64,000 nucleotides of DNA from a virus (lineage: Duplodnaviria > Caudoviricetes). Both the position numbers and the translations under genes were made by a program. The DNA is taken from IMG/VR virus record IMGVR_UViG_3300050021_000713, positions 1,500 through 65,499 of that record. The stretch is one strand, 5' to 3'. The notes under the pieces were generated by a model, which worked only from the letters and a program-made list of their open reading frames with translations, ran no database searches and was not told the DNA's origin. Position 1 is the stretch's first letter, and every line of letters begins with the position of its first letter. This document shows positions 1 through 9,099 of this stretch, piece by piece.

Positions 1-336
1 GTCGGAACCAGGCGTTGGATCGAATGGGCCGGACGCAAGCCCGATCTCGATGACCTTCTGTTCTGCGCCGTTGAGTTAGGCGGAGAAGCCGGCGAGGTGC
101 TGAACAAGGTGAAGAAGTTCGCTCGTGGTGTAAAAGGCATGCGCGGCTCGGTCTCGCTGGAAGCGACAAGGACTGCGGTTGCGGAAGAACTCGCGGATGT
201 CATCATCTGCTGCGATCGCGTCGCTGCTGTTCTCGGCATCGATCTCGGCATCGCGGTTCCGGAGAAGTTCAACGAGACGTCGGTGAAGAACGGACTCTCG
301 GTGACGATGCCGATTCCGGTACGAGACGCCACGTGA
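1..336 (+). CDS. MazG-like nucleotide pyrophosphohydrolase (5' partial)
   Basis: Frame is open from base 1: LFCAVELGGEAGEVLNKVKK...AEELADVIICCDRVA carries the MazG EaGE...EELAD motifs. Confidence 0.8.
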   Translation, partial: VGTRRWIEWAGRKPDLDDLLFCAVELGGEAGEVLNKVKKFARGVKGMRGSVSLEATRTAVAEELADVIICCDRVAAVLGIDLGIAVPEKFNETSVKNGLSVTMPIPVRDAT

Positions 337-341
337 CCAGC

Positions 342-464
342 ATGTACCCGATTCACATCGACCCTCTGGTGTTCTGCCTAGGGCTCGTGTGCCTCAGCAT
401 CATCTTGAGCGGGTTGGCCTGGTTGCTGTTCGCGGACAAAGAGAAGCCCGGCCGGTATGGATGA
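342..464 (+). CDS. small single-pass membrane protein (40 aa)
   Basis: ATG342-TGA464, MYPIHIDPLVFCLGLVCLSIILSGLAWLLFADKEKPGRYG; below the ORF-track cutoff; fills the gap between neighbours. Confidence 0.55.
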   Translation: MYPIHIDPLVFCLGLVCLSIILSGLAWLLFADKEKPGRYG

Positions 465-723
465 GCATGATCTGACAGACGATCAGGAACGAGACCTGAT
501 CGTTGCCGCGGCCGCCGAGGCCACGTCCGCCGCGTTCCTGGTCGCGGAGGCCAGCGAGCACGGCGCCTGTATCGCGCGGCACGGCTGGGTGGTACGTGTT
601 CGTCACGGCGTCATCATGGAATGGGTGAAACCGCTTCCGTTTCCCGTACACATAACCGCGTGCAGTTTCTATCTTTGCACTGAAGTAAATCCCGTGAGTC
701 AAGCAAATAGGAGCAACACATGA
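457..723 (+). CDS. hypothetical protein
   Basis: ORF overlapping both neighbours in the same strand run. Confidence 0.45.
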   Translation: MDEHDLTDDQERDLIVAAAAEATSAAFLVAEASEHGACIARHGWVVRVRHGVIMEWVKPLPFPVHITACSFYLCTEVNPVSQANRSNT

Positions 724-1577
724 ACATCCGCAGTTTTGGAATCAAACTCATCCTGGCTTTGCTGCTGCTTGGACTCGCGTCCGCGCATGCAACGCATGTT
801 GTCTTCGCACCTGGAGCCACCGCGTCTGTCGAATCCTACGGCAACTACGTCATCGACATCCCCGGCATCATCAACAACTCCAGCACGTCGACGGATGCTC
901 TGAGCCTTCTACTCGTGGCCGGCACATCGCCTTCGTCCGACGACATGGTTGCCGGCACTGTGATCGTCAGCATGAAGTTGAACGAGCTCGACGGCGACAG
1001 CCACTTCATGCCGATGCACTTGTCCGGTTCCGAGCTGGACGCGAAGCTGTTGAACACCATGGTGTACTACTTGCGTCTGGTTATCGTCGAGTACGATGGT
1101 TCCACAACCTATGCCGACGATGCTGTATCTGTCGGTTCGTTCATGTACCACGACGCCACTGTGGAGAACCATCAGCGAATGGCCTTCTCGCAGAAGTTCT
1201 CCGACTATGACGCCTTGACGGATAGGATGAATTTCGACATCTACATGAGAGATCTGGACATACACCCGGTGGTAGAAGTTTACGCACCGAATCCAGATCG
1301 CTCGGTGCGGGCTTCGCATGCATCCGCAGCACCGTCGTCTCCGCTCGGTACCGCTGTGCACTCGACGCGGACGTGCGACATGCACGAACTTGACGACTTG
1401 TACAGCAAACTCAACGATGCCAAGGCAGACTACCGGCGGCATCGGTTCGACATGCAGCACACGAAGGATCAGACCGAGATCATGAACTCCGGAGACCTGG
1501 CGTCGTCAAGCCAGAGGTTGTCGCAGACGATCGAGTCCAGCATCGACAGGTACCGCTCCTCACACGGATGCGAATGA
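720..1577 (+). CDS. secreted hypothetical protein
   Basis: AGGAG RBS; Sec-type signal peptide MNIRSFGIKLILALLLLGLASAHA. Confidence 0.7.
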   Translation: MNIRSFGIKLILALLLLGLASAHATHVVFAPGATASVESYGNYVIDIPGIINNSSTSTDALSLLLVAGTSPSSDDMVAGTVIVSMKLNELDGDSHFMPMHLSGSELDAKLLNTMVYYLRLVIVEYDGSTTYADDAVSVGSFMYHDATVENHQRMAFSQKFSDYDALTDRMNFDIYMRDLDIHPVVEVYAPNPDRSVRASHASAAPSSPLGTAVHSTRTCDMHELDDLYSKLNDAKADYRRHRFDMQHTKDQTEIMNSGDLASSSQRLSQTIESSIDRYRSSHGCE

Positions 1578-1591
1578 CGCTCAATTTTCGC

Positions 1592-1665
1592 TGCGGTGTA
1601 GCTCAGTTGGTTAGAGCGAGGGCTTCATAAGCCCTGCGTCCGCGGTTCGAGTCCGCGCATCGCTA
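1592..1665 (+). tRNA. tRNA-Met (CAT); initiator/elongator/Ile2 identity unresolved
   Basis: D arm GCTCAGTTGGTTAGAGC, anticodon arm AGGGC-TTCATAA-GCCCT, T loop TTCGAGT; 1:72 T-T mismatch; no encoded CCA. Confidence 0.9.
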
Positions 1666-1743
1666 TTTGTAAATATAAGTTTCAGTGCTAGCTGGTGAGA
1701 ACCAGCCGTGTCACTCACTGGTCACAATCAGGAGAAAAAAACC

Positions 1744-1896
1744 ATGTCCGAGTCCAAGTCCAACGCCACCGTCGTGGAACGCATCCAAGCCGTGGTCAAC
1801 GGCAACCGCAAGCTGGTCGCCGGCATCGCTATCGGCGTCGCCGTGGTGGCCACTGTGATCGCGGTACGTGCTCGGCTTCGGCGTCGGTTGTTCTGA
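1744..1896 (+). CDS. small membrane protein
   Basis: AGGAG RBS, hydrophobic helix LVAGIAIGVAVVATVIAV followed by a basic tail. Confidence 0.65.
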   Translation: MSESKSNATVVERIQAVVNGNRKLVAGIAIGVAVVATVIAVRARLRRRLF

Positions 1897-2279
1897 TGGC
1901 CTACGCCCAGGCGACGGTCCAGCTCGAGCTTCCGGAAGCGGATCTTCCGGGGCGGGTGTTGCCACTACGGTTGACACTGACCTGGCCCGAAGCTGAAGGT
2001 ATTTTCCACTCCCTGGCCAGCGCTTTGGGCAAGGATGCGATCGCGAAGCTGCTGCCGCTGCTGCTCGAGCCACAGCCAGCTCGCCTGGACATGCCTACAG
2101 GTCCGGTCTGGGTGAGTCCGTCTGTCTTTCCAAGCGACCTCGTAACTCGGCTCCAGGACCCCATGCCAGGTCAAGGATCTGAATTGCGGGATCCGCTGCC
2201 GGGTCAAGCAACACAGATTCAAGGCGGCCGCGGCTCGGTGACTCTTACCGGTACCACGGACGGACTGCCCTCCGTGTAG
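1896..2279 (+). CDS. hypothetical protein
   Basis: TGATG-coupled to the upstream gene; starts MAYAQATVQLEL. Confidence 0.55.
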   Translation: MAYAQATVQLELPEADLPGRVLPLRLTLTWPEAEGIFHSLASALGKDAIAKLLPLLLEPQPARLDMPTGPVWVSPSVFPSDLVTRLQDPMPGQGSELRDPLPGQATQIQGGRGSVTLTGTTDGLPSV

Positions 2280-2322
2280 CAGGTCTCGAAATTCGGACAT
2301 TTGTCCGGGTTTCGCAGGGCTA

Positions 2323-2367
2323 TGGGGTGTCGACAAGTGGTAAGACGTAGTCTGTAAGTTCGAGTCG
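2323..2367 (+). pseudogene. degenerate tRNA-Gln-like remnant
   Basis: TGGGGTGTCGACAAGTGGTAAGAC resembles a bacterial tRNA-Gln 5' end and is followed by a T-loop-like GTTCGAGTC; no anticodon arm or 3' acceptor strand. Confidence 0.35.
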
Positions 2368-2398
2368 TGTTTCGCATAACTCATAGCCGGAGGTAGCT

Positions 2399-3097
2399 AT
2401 GCAGAAAATATGCGAACACTGCACAGCAGAATTCTCGACGTCGAATTCACGTGCTCTCTACTGCTGTCGTTCTTGTTCGGCGTCGCATACGCAGGTTGGG
2501 CGGCCGAGCAAGAACAGAAAGCACGCTGCGTCAACCGAGCCACCACCCGCTTGTTCACAATGCGGACGCGTAATGCAAACGTATACGCGGAGGTACTGCT
2601 CAGAGTGTATTAAGGCGAACAGAGCGCAGAAACCTAAACCTGCACCGAGAACTTCTAGAACACCACAGGCAGCAAAGCTTCACAGCTTCGACGTGACACT
2701 TGCGTACAAGCGTCGTATGCACGATCTCGTCAAAGCCTGTGGTGGTCGTTGTAGCAGGTGCCGGAAAAGTTTCATGGAAGTTTCATTGGAGTTCGACCAC
2801 ATTGATAGAAGCACGAAGGTCGCGAACGTTTCTGCATTCGTCGCTGCCTCGAACATGGTCGGCGCTGTGCAGGAAGCGAAGAAGTGTCAGCTGCTGTTCC
2901 AGGACTGTCACAAGGAGAAGACAACAGAATTTTCGGATAGGCCTAACAGACAAGGCTCAAAGAACCCGATGTCGAAATTTTCTGAATCGACGCGTCGTGC
3001 GATCAAGGCGCAACGAGCGCGTGGTGCTACCTACACCGCCTTATCTTGTAAATACGGAGCTACGCGTCAAGGGATTAGGTATCTATGTTTGCACTGA
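2399..3097 (+). CDS. HNH homing endonuclease with N-terminal Zn fingers and C-terminal HTH
   Basis: CGGRCSRC...LEFDHID...EAKKCQLLFQDCHKEKT; CxxC/YCSxC fingers; GSKNPMSKF plus HTH tail; lower GC than the flanks. Confidence 0.8.
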   Translation: MQKICEHCTAEFSTSNSRALYCCRSCSASHTQVGRPSKNRKHAASTEPPPACSQCGRVMQTYTRRYCSECIKANRAQKPKPAPRTSRTPQAAKLHSFDVTLAYKRRMHDLVKACGGRCSRCRKSFMEVSLEFDHIDRSTKVANVSAFVAASNMVGAVQEAKKCQLLFQDCHKEKTTEFSDRPNRQGSKNPMSKFSESTRRAIKAQRARGATYTALSCKYGATRQGIRYLCLH

Positions 3098-3100
3098 TAC

Positions 3101-3172
3101 TGGGGCATAGCTTAGTTGGCAGAGCATCGCCCTTTGGAGGCGACCGGTGGGGTTTGAATCCCTGTGCCCCAA
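3101..3172 (+). tRNA. tRNA-Gln (TTG)
   Basis: Acceptor TGGGGCA/TGCCCCA, anticodon arm TCGCC-CTTTGGA-GGCGA; atypical T loop TTTGAAT. Confidence 0.85.
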
Positions 3173-3204
3173 TTTGTCACCCAATCCAGTACTCGGAGGT
3201 GTCC

Positions 3205-3561
3205 ATGTTTGAAAGTGTTATGCCGGATCCGGATCGACTGCATGAGATCGCTGTCGCCAGCGACCGAACCGTCGAACGTGTTCGCGAACGCATCCTGGAA
3301 CTGCTCACCGCGGCAACCGCACCGGCCGACGACGTCGCTGGTGAGTGTGACCGTCTCCAGGCCTGCTTCGGCCTCGAACCATACGGTGTGTTCCCGGCCG
3401 GCTCGTTGGTGGATGCACCGACGGAATCCGAGTACGCCGAGTACCGCGCCGAGATCGTTGGCGAAGTGCAAAAGATCTCTCCGGAGTTGCGTGGAACGCC
3501 GCCGAAGCGGCTGACGTTGGCCCAGATTCAGGCCGACGACTTCTCCGCGCTGGACACCTAG
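3205..3561 (+). CDS. hypothetical protein
   Basis: GGAGGT RBS before ATG3205 (MFESVMPDPD). Confidence 0.65.
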   Translation: MFESVMPDPDRLHEIAVASDRTVERVRERILELLTAATAPADDVAGECDRLQACFGLEPYGVFPAGSLVDAPTESEYAEYRAEIVGEVQKISPELRGTPPKRLTLAQIQADDFSALDT

Positions 3562-3562
3562 C

Positions 3563-4303
3563 ATGAGCATGCACGAAGCCACTGAGACCCCGACGCTACC
3601 AGGCTGGTACTTGTGCTTGGCCGTCGATGACCGCTGGGCCGGAGAGTTCCGTTACCGGGCCTGGGGCAACGGCGTGTGGTGGATTCCGCTTCCTGATGGT
3701 TGGCTGTCGTCCTGCGATGGCATCTACCGCTGGGCCGGACCATTCGCCGACGTCAATGGCCCGGCGCCGGATGGTACCAATCCTGGAGGTCCGGTTCCGG
3801 CCGAGGCGGCAGTTGCAGCTCCACCGGACCTGGATCAGAACCGAGAACGCTCCAACATCATGGTCGGCGTTCCGGAAGTTCTGTACCGTATCCAGGCCTT
3901 GGACAAGCCCGAGACCGAGTTCGAAGCCATGGAAGCTGTCTACGACTACTTCCTCAGCGGTCACCTGAACCAAACCGCTGTCGAAGACTTCGTGATCCAG
4001 TACATGCAGCACGGTTTCCGCTTCCAGACCTCGTTCACGGTGCTGCTAAGCGTTGCAAACTTGGACGAGAAGATTCCGAGTTACGACAAGTACATCGAGT
4101 ACTGCTACGCCAGAGCTGCTGCGGACGAGATAGCACACGAAGACGTGGTGAAACTCATCGAGCATTTTCGCACCACCGATTTCGCCGAGAACGCCGCACG
4201 CCCAGCTTGCCTCCGCATCGAGTCCTACATGCAGCCGCCGGAACCGCCACCACGACCGGAACCGAGGTCGCTGCCGGAACAGTTCATCCCACCATTCACC
4301 TGA
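3563..4303 (+). CDS. hypothetical protein
   Basis: Long ORF directly abutting the upstream gene; Trp-rich N-terminus. Confidence 0.6.
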   Translation: MSMHEATETPTLPGWYLCLAVDDRWAGEFRYRAWGNGVWWIPLPDGWLSSCDGIYRWAGPFADVNGPAPDGTNPGGPVPAEAAVAAPPDLDQNRERSNIMVGVPEVLYRIQALDKPETEFEAMEAVYDYFLSGHLNQTAVEDFVIQYMQHGFRFQTSFTVLLSVANLDEKIPSYDKYIEYCYARAAADEIAHEDVVKLIEHFRTTDFAENAARPACLRIESYMQPPEPPPRPEPRSLPEQFIPPFT

Positions 4304-4322
4304 CCATCTTAGGAGCCACAGC

Positions 4323-5042
4323 ATGTCCTCCAACGAATCTGTCGAACCGGCAGCAGAAATTGTCCCGGATTCACCGCGGATCGTGCGTTCCGTCATTTAC
4401 GCAGATGTTCACATCGACGGCACCGGGGTCTGGAACCCAACCGACGAAGAGCTCGATCGCGTGCGCGAAATGTTCGCAGCCACGGACGACGATCCAAAAG
4501 GCGCCGTGGTTATACCGACGAAGCCGTTCCATCGCACTGCGAAGTACCTGAAAAGCCTGGGTACGATCCAGACCCCGGAAGGAGAAGGTACGTACGAGTC
4601 CGTGTCGCGCGACGTGTTCGCATGCACTCGTCGTGGTGAAGACAAGCCGTTCGATCTTGTGCCTTCGAACGATCTCATGATCCAGGTCCGACTGGGCGAG
4701 GACCGGTACGAGTCCTGGCAGCTGGAGGTCCTCCTGGCATTCAACCCGCCGGAGACCGTGGTCTTCAACGAGGACGTGAACGAAGCTCCGAGCTTCATTC
4801 CAGGGGTCTTGGACCTGGAGCAGCCGCTCGAGCCAGCACCACCGCTGGCGTACACCGTCAATGACCGCCGCGGTACCGGAAGCCGGACCGTCGAGGTCTG
4901 CCGATTCTGCGGCAGCCCGAATGTGCACACCCGGGAGTACGACAAGCCCACTGCGGAGTGTGCGAAATACTTGCGGCAGAAGCTGCACGACGTCGAGAAC
5001 TGCGACGCCGATTTTCAACGTGCGTTAGGCACACCACAGTAG
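4323..5042 (+). CDS. hypothetical protein
   Basis: AGGAG RBS; C-terminal CRFC motif. Confidence 0.65.
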   Translation: MSSNESVEPAAEIVPDSPRIVRSVIYADVHIDGTGVWNPTDEELDRVREMFAATDDDPKGAVVIPTKPFHRTAKYLKSLGTIQTPEGEGTYESVSRDVFACTRRGEDKPFDLVPSNDLMIQVRLGEDRYESWQLEVLLAFNPPETVVFNEDVNEAPSFIPGVLDLEQPLEPAPPLAYTVNDRRGTGSRTVEVCRFCGSPNVHTREYDKPTAECAKYLRQKLHDVENCDADFQRALGTPQ

Positions 5043-5047
5043 AACTG

Positions 5048-5596
5048 ATGCGATCCCTAGAAGACCTGGCGTATTACAGCGCCAGCAACCTGCGAAAGAC
5101 AACTGCTGAAAACATACGGCGCCACGTAGACGATCGCGTGTACTCGATGGTTGTGTGCACTCTCGTCAGCGCCGAGCGTCACGCCCAGTCTTCATCATTG
5201 CCGTACTACGTGACCCAGTTCGGCTCTGTACAGTGCGGTGCGGACTGCACGATCGGCGAAGCCAATGAGGCCTTGGACGCCATCAGAGCCAAGGGATTCA
5301 AGACCCTACCAGGCCCGGTCCGGGGTCAGTACAGTGCCAGCAACTTCTTCGACATCGACGATACCGGTCGTGTCGTGGAGAACGGTGTGAAGTCCGCGTC
5401 GGCGTTGAACATCATCGTGTCCTGGGAGCTGGATGCCGTAACGCTGGCTGATGTTGTAAATAAGGATTCCACACCTCCAAAGGAATCCAATGCCGATCAT
5501 CTCCGCGATCACGAGCCCGAGAGTCAGCCGAATCCAATCCAACGTTCCGGTACTGGGTGGCTTCTCGCTCTACTTCCATGGCGCCGCGTTCACTGA
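5048..5596 (+). CDS. hypothetical protein
   Basis: ATG5048 follows the stop of the upstream gene. Confidence 0.55.
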   Translation: MRSLEDLAYYSASNLRKTTAENIRRHVDDRVYSMVVCTLVSAERHAQSSSLPYYVTQFGSVQCGADCTIGEANEALDAIRAKGFKTLPGPVRGQYSASNFFDIDDTGRVVENGVKSASALNIIVSWELDAVTLADVVNKDSTPPKESNADHLRDHEPESQPNPIQRSGTGWLLALLPWRRVH

Positions 5597-6698
5597 AACC
5601 CCAGGGTTCCGCGGCGTCTCGCACCTGAGCGAGCACTTGCTCGCGGACGCGTTCTCCGATCTTGGAGACGATCTCTCTCGCTTGGGCTTGGCGCACAATG
5701 CCAGCACCGACCACCACAACGTCAACGTCTTCGCCACTGGGTTGACGGCATCTGTGCACCGCTACGTCGAAGACATCCTGCTTCGACCCGGAGCCAGGAA
5801 CATCCTCTCCTACGTACCATCCCGTGAATCATTCGAGCGCGAGCGCGCGGTGGTGATCCAGGAGTACGAAACCTACCTATCCCAGGACGTCTGGGCGCTG
5901 ATCATCAACATCCGGCGTAAGTTCTACAACTACTACGACGAGCTCGGTTACGACGCGGATCTGAAGGCGTTGACGTACGAGAATTTCATGGAGTTTTTCG
6001 AGTCCAGGTTCCGGCAGCCGACTGGGATCGTGTACACCGGCGATGTTGGTGCGTACAAGGAATGGCTGGAGCCCGAGTTCTGGAATCGAGGCCGCGCGAT
6101 CATCGAGGTCAAGACCACAGGGCCGAATCTCCGACCGGAGTTCGATACCGATCGCGTGCGCGATTACGTGCCACAAAGCTTCTCCACGTCCGATCGCAAG
6201 TGCGTCATCGGGGACTGGTTCGAGGTCGAGGCCCAGGTTTGGGAGCACAAGATCATCCAGGAGCTATGGAACAATGGCAGCACGGAATCCGCACCGCTGA
6301 TGGGCGAACTCAGGCATCGCAACGGCTTGTGCTACTCCACCGGAATTGTGATGGATCAGCGGCCGACGAACTTGGCGCTGCTGTACGTGACCACGGCGCC
6401 GGAGAACGTGGCCCGGGCTCGCGCGCTCGGTCACGATGTGCTTCGTAACTGGGAGCGGCATATCACCCGGGAACGGTTCAACCTCGTGATCGAAGGCATC
6501 CGGGTTCAGATCCAGATGATCGAGGCGAAGAACTTCAGCCGCGGCTACATCTCCAGGTTCGAAGCCACCGAGGACGCGGTGTTGACCACGGAACGGTTAG
6601 AGACGTTCACCTACGAACGCGCTTGCGAGATCATGTCCGGATTCGGCACCATGGCCATTCACCGCGCCGAAACCGGTGCCGAAATCATCCTGGACTGA
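5490..6698 (+). CDS. M16 (insulinase-family) zinc metallopeptidase
   Basis: Inverted zincin motif GVSHLSEHLL (HxxEH), NAST, FERERAVVIQE, ELRHRNGLCYS. Confidence 0.85.
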   Translation: MPIISAITSPRVSRIQSNVPVLGGFSLYFHGAAFTETPGFRGVSHLSEHLLADAFSDLGDDLSRLGLAHNASTDHHNVNVFATGLTASVHRYVEDILLRPGARNILSYVPSRESFERERAVVIQEYETYLSQDVWALIINIRRKFYNYYDELGYDADLKALTYENFMEFFESRFRQPTGIVYTGDVGAYKEWLEPEFWNRGRAIIEVKTTGPNLRPEFDTDRVRDYVPQSFSTSDRKCVIGDWFEVEAQVWEHKIIQELWNNGSTESAPLMGELRHRNGLCYSTGIVMDQRPTNLALLYVTTAPENVARARALGHDVLRNWERHITRERFNLVIEGIRVQIQMIEAKNFSRGYISRFEATEDAVLTTERLETFTYERACEIMSGFGTMAIHRAETGAEIILD

Positions 6699-6702
6699 AC
6701 CA

Positions 6703-6872
6703 GTGACGAACCTATTCGGACCGGAAGAGATCACGTGCGAGCACTGTCACAAGGTGTACACCGTTTTCCGGAACCTTTTGATCGGCTGCCGCCGCTTCGC
6801 AACTTCTGCAGCGACGAGTGCAGGGTCGCGTTCGACGACGAGATGGACGCGGCCGGTCTTCATGATCGCTAG
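6703..6872 (+). pseudogene. small Zn-finger protein split by a -1 frameshift
   Basis: CEHCHKVY in one frame; PFDRLPPLRNFCSDECRVAFDDE* in the -1 frame. Confidence 0.45.
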
Positions 6873-6926
6873 CACCCGATGATCCTAGCCAAATCGTGTA
6901 CGTCGATCGTACATTTATGTGCTATT

Positions 6927-7010
6927 GGAGGGCTAGGCTAACTGGCTAAGTCGTCGGTCTTGAAAACCGATGTCCGCAAGGACTTGGGGGTTCGAAGCCC
7001 TCGCCCTCCG
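6927..7010 (+). tRNA. tRNA-Ser (TGA)
   Basis: GGAGGGC/GCCCTCC acceptor, TCGGT-CTTGAAA-ACCGA, long variable arm GTCCGCAAGGAC. Confidence 0.9.
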
Positions 7011-7063
7011 CTACACATACAGCCTGGTTGAGGCTGATTTCGCAAACACAAGGAACAACTGAA

Positions 7064-7351
7064 ATGGCCACCAAGTCCGCTTCCCGCACCGAGACCTTGA
7101 TCGTTCTGACGACGAATCCGGATCTCGCGCAGCCGTTCCCAAGCACCGGCGCTGCCGAGGCCTTCGCTGGTACGGCCGCCAAGAAGTACGGTGGTACGTG
7201 GGAGCGCAAGATGCTGAAGCGCATTTGCGTCGAGGCGCAGCCGCCGCGGGCTCCGTTCCTCTGCGCGCGGCACTATTACACCACCCAGGCCACTATCGAC
7301 CAAGCCGAGGCGCAGGTAGTTACCGTAGAGGCGGCTTCTGCTGAGGTTTGA
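7064..7351 (+). CDS. hypothetical protein
   Basis: AAGGAA RBS, starts MATKSASRTETL. Confidence 0.6.
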   Translation: MATKSASRTETLIVLTTNPDLAQPFPSTGAAEAFAGTAAKKYGGTWERKMLKRICVEAQPPRAPFLCARHYYTTQATIDQAEAQVVTVEAASAEV

Positions 7352-7372
7352 TCTGAATCTGTACAAAGCCTC

Positions 7373-7401
7373 TTGACGTGTACATGTACGCGCATTAGGT
7401 T
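7373..7401 (+). promoter_or_regulatory. sigma70-like promoter for the tRNA-Glu/gltX operon
   Basis: TTGACG-17 bp-TAGGTT. Confidence 0.5.
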
Positions 7402-7454
7402 TGTTCCTACAAAGCCGCCATCGTGAAAGGGCGGTACGACTCTAAAACTTTCAC

Positions 7455-7527
7455 GCCGCTGTCGTCTAGTGGCCTAGGACACCGCCCTCTCACGGCGGGT
7501 ACACGAGTTCGAACCTCGTCAGCGGTA
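7455..7527 (+). tRNA. tRNA-Glu (CTC)
   Basis: GCCGCTG/CAGCGGT acceptor, D arm GTCTAGTGGCCTAGGAC, CCGCC-CTCTCAC-GGCGG, TTCGAAC. Confidence 0.92.
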
Positions 7528-7607
7528 TCCCAGATCTGGTGTCTTTACCAGTCGCGGCGTGCGCGCCGCATCAGAAATAGCACCAGCATGGGTGCAGTGA
7601 GGGAAAG

Positions 7608-9086
7608 ATGCCCGTACGCGTTCGTTTCGCTCCGTCTCCCACCGGCTATCTCCACCTCGGTGGGGCCAGGTCTGCGTTGTTCAACTTCCTATTTGCTCGG
7701 AAGATGGGTGGCCAGTTCCTGCTTCGCATCGAAGACACGGACCGTACCCGCTACAACGAGCAGGCTCTGCACGATCTGATCCGGGATCTGAAGTGGCTGG
7801 GCTTGGACTGGGACGAAGGTCCTGGTGTCGGCGGCCCGCACGGCCCGTACCAGCAGAGCGAGCGCCTGGATCTCTACGAGAAGCATGCACAGATCCTGCT
7901 CGACTCCGGCGCCGCGTACCGTTGTTTCTGCACCGCCGAGCGTCTTGCGGAAGTGCGTAAGACCCAGGAGGAGCAGAAGCAGACTCCCGGTTACGATCGG
8001 CACTGTCGCGACCTTCCCGTGGAGGAATCCAACGAGCGCGCGGCCGCCGGTGATCCGTTCGTCGTCCGTTTCCGGGCTCCACTGCACGGATCCATGACCG
8101 TGCACGACATTTTGCGTGGCGACATCGAGTATCAGAACCACGTCCTCGACGACCTGGTGCTGATGAAGACCGACGGCTTTCCCACGTACCACATGGCCAG
8201 TGTGGTCGACGACCACGACATGGAGATCACGCACGTTCTGCGCGGTGAGGAATGGCTACCATCGACGCCCAGGCACGTGCTGCTGTACAAGGCCTTCGGG
8301 TGGGAGCCGCCGTTGTTCTGCCACATGCCGGTGATCTTGTCACCAACCGGTAAGGGCAAGCTGTCGAAGCGCGATGGTGCCATCTCCGTCGGCGACTACC
8401 GCGAGCGCGGTTACCTGCCGCAGGCTATGGTGAACTTCCTCGCCTTCATCGGCTGGAGCCCCGGCGACGAGCGGGAGAAGATGCCGCTCCAGGAACTGAT
8501 CCAGGCCTTCAACCTGGAGCAGATCACGCCCAAGGCCGCTGTGTTCAACGAGACCAAGCTAGAGTGGATGAACGGCCAGTACCTGCTGGACACACCGGCG
8601 GAGGAACTGGTTCCAGAAGTCACGCGCCTGCTGGTGAAGTCCGGTTACCCAAGCGCAGCCGCCGACCAAGACCGTGTGCTCACGCACGTGCGTCTGCTGA
8701 AGGACAGGTCCAAGCGCCTGGACGAGCTCGTGGACACTGGTCTGTACTTCTGGGGCGACCCGGTCAACTACGAGGAGAAGGCCTGGGCCAAGCACTGGAA
8801 GCCGGAGACGACTGCGCAGCTGCTGGATTTGACGCAGAAGTTTCAGTTCTGGAACTGGACTGCTGACGCCTTGGAAGAGCTGTACCGTGCCACCGCCGAG
8901 GATCTTGGGATCAAGTTCGCGGCGTTGATCCATCCCACGCGCCTGGCCATTTCCGGCCTGAGCTTCGGACCTGGACTGTTCGAGCTGATGGAGGCGTTGG
9001 GTAAGGATACCGTACGCAAGCGCATGTACCGGGCCGTGCAGTACGCAGCATCCGTTTCCATCGTGCAAAGCACTCTCGCACCATAA
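7608..9086 (+). CDS. gltX: glutamate--tRNA ligase
   Basis: RVRFAPSPTGYLHLGG (HIGH), LRIEDTD, ITHVLRGEEW, KLSKR (KMSKS), full anticodon-binding domain. Confidence 0.97.
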   Translation: MPVRVRFAPSPTGYLHLGGARSALFNFLFARKMGGQFLLRIEDTDRTRYNEQALHDLIRDLKWLGLDWDEGPGVGGPHGPYQQSERLDLYEKHAQILLDSGAAYRCFCTAERLAEVRKTQEEQKQTPGYDRHCRDLPVEESNERAAAGDPFVVRFRAPLHGSMTVHDILRGDIEYQNHVLDDLVLMKTDGFPTYHMASVVDDHDMEITHVLRGEEWLPSTPRHVLLYKAFGWEPPLFCHMPVILSPTGKGKLSKRDGAISVGDYRERGYLPQAMVNFLAFIGWSPGDEREKMPLQELIQAFNLEQITPKAAVFNETKLEWMNGQYLLDTPAEELVPEVTRLLVKSGYPSAAADQDRVLTHVRLLKDRSKRLDELVDTGLYFWGDPVNYEEKAWAKHWKPETTAQLLDLTQKFQFWNWTADALEELYRATAEDLGIKFAALIHPTRLAISGLSFGPGLFELMEALGKDTVRKRMYRAVQYAASVSIVQSTLAP

Positions 9087-9099
9087 CCAAGGAAGTACA

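Noticed and set aside
2317-2398. Possible tmRNA 5' end or group I intron splitting a tRNA around the HNH gene
   Set aside because: No tmRNA 3' tRNA-like end or tag frame is seen; the downstream tRNA-Gln is complete by itself; no intron core motifs recognised.
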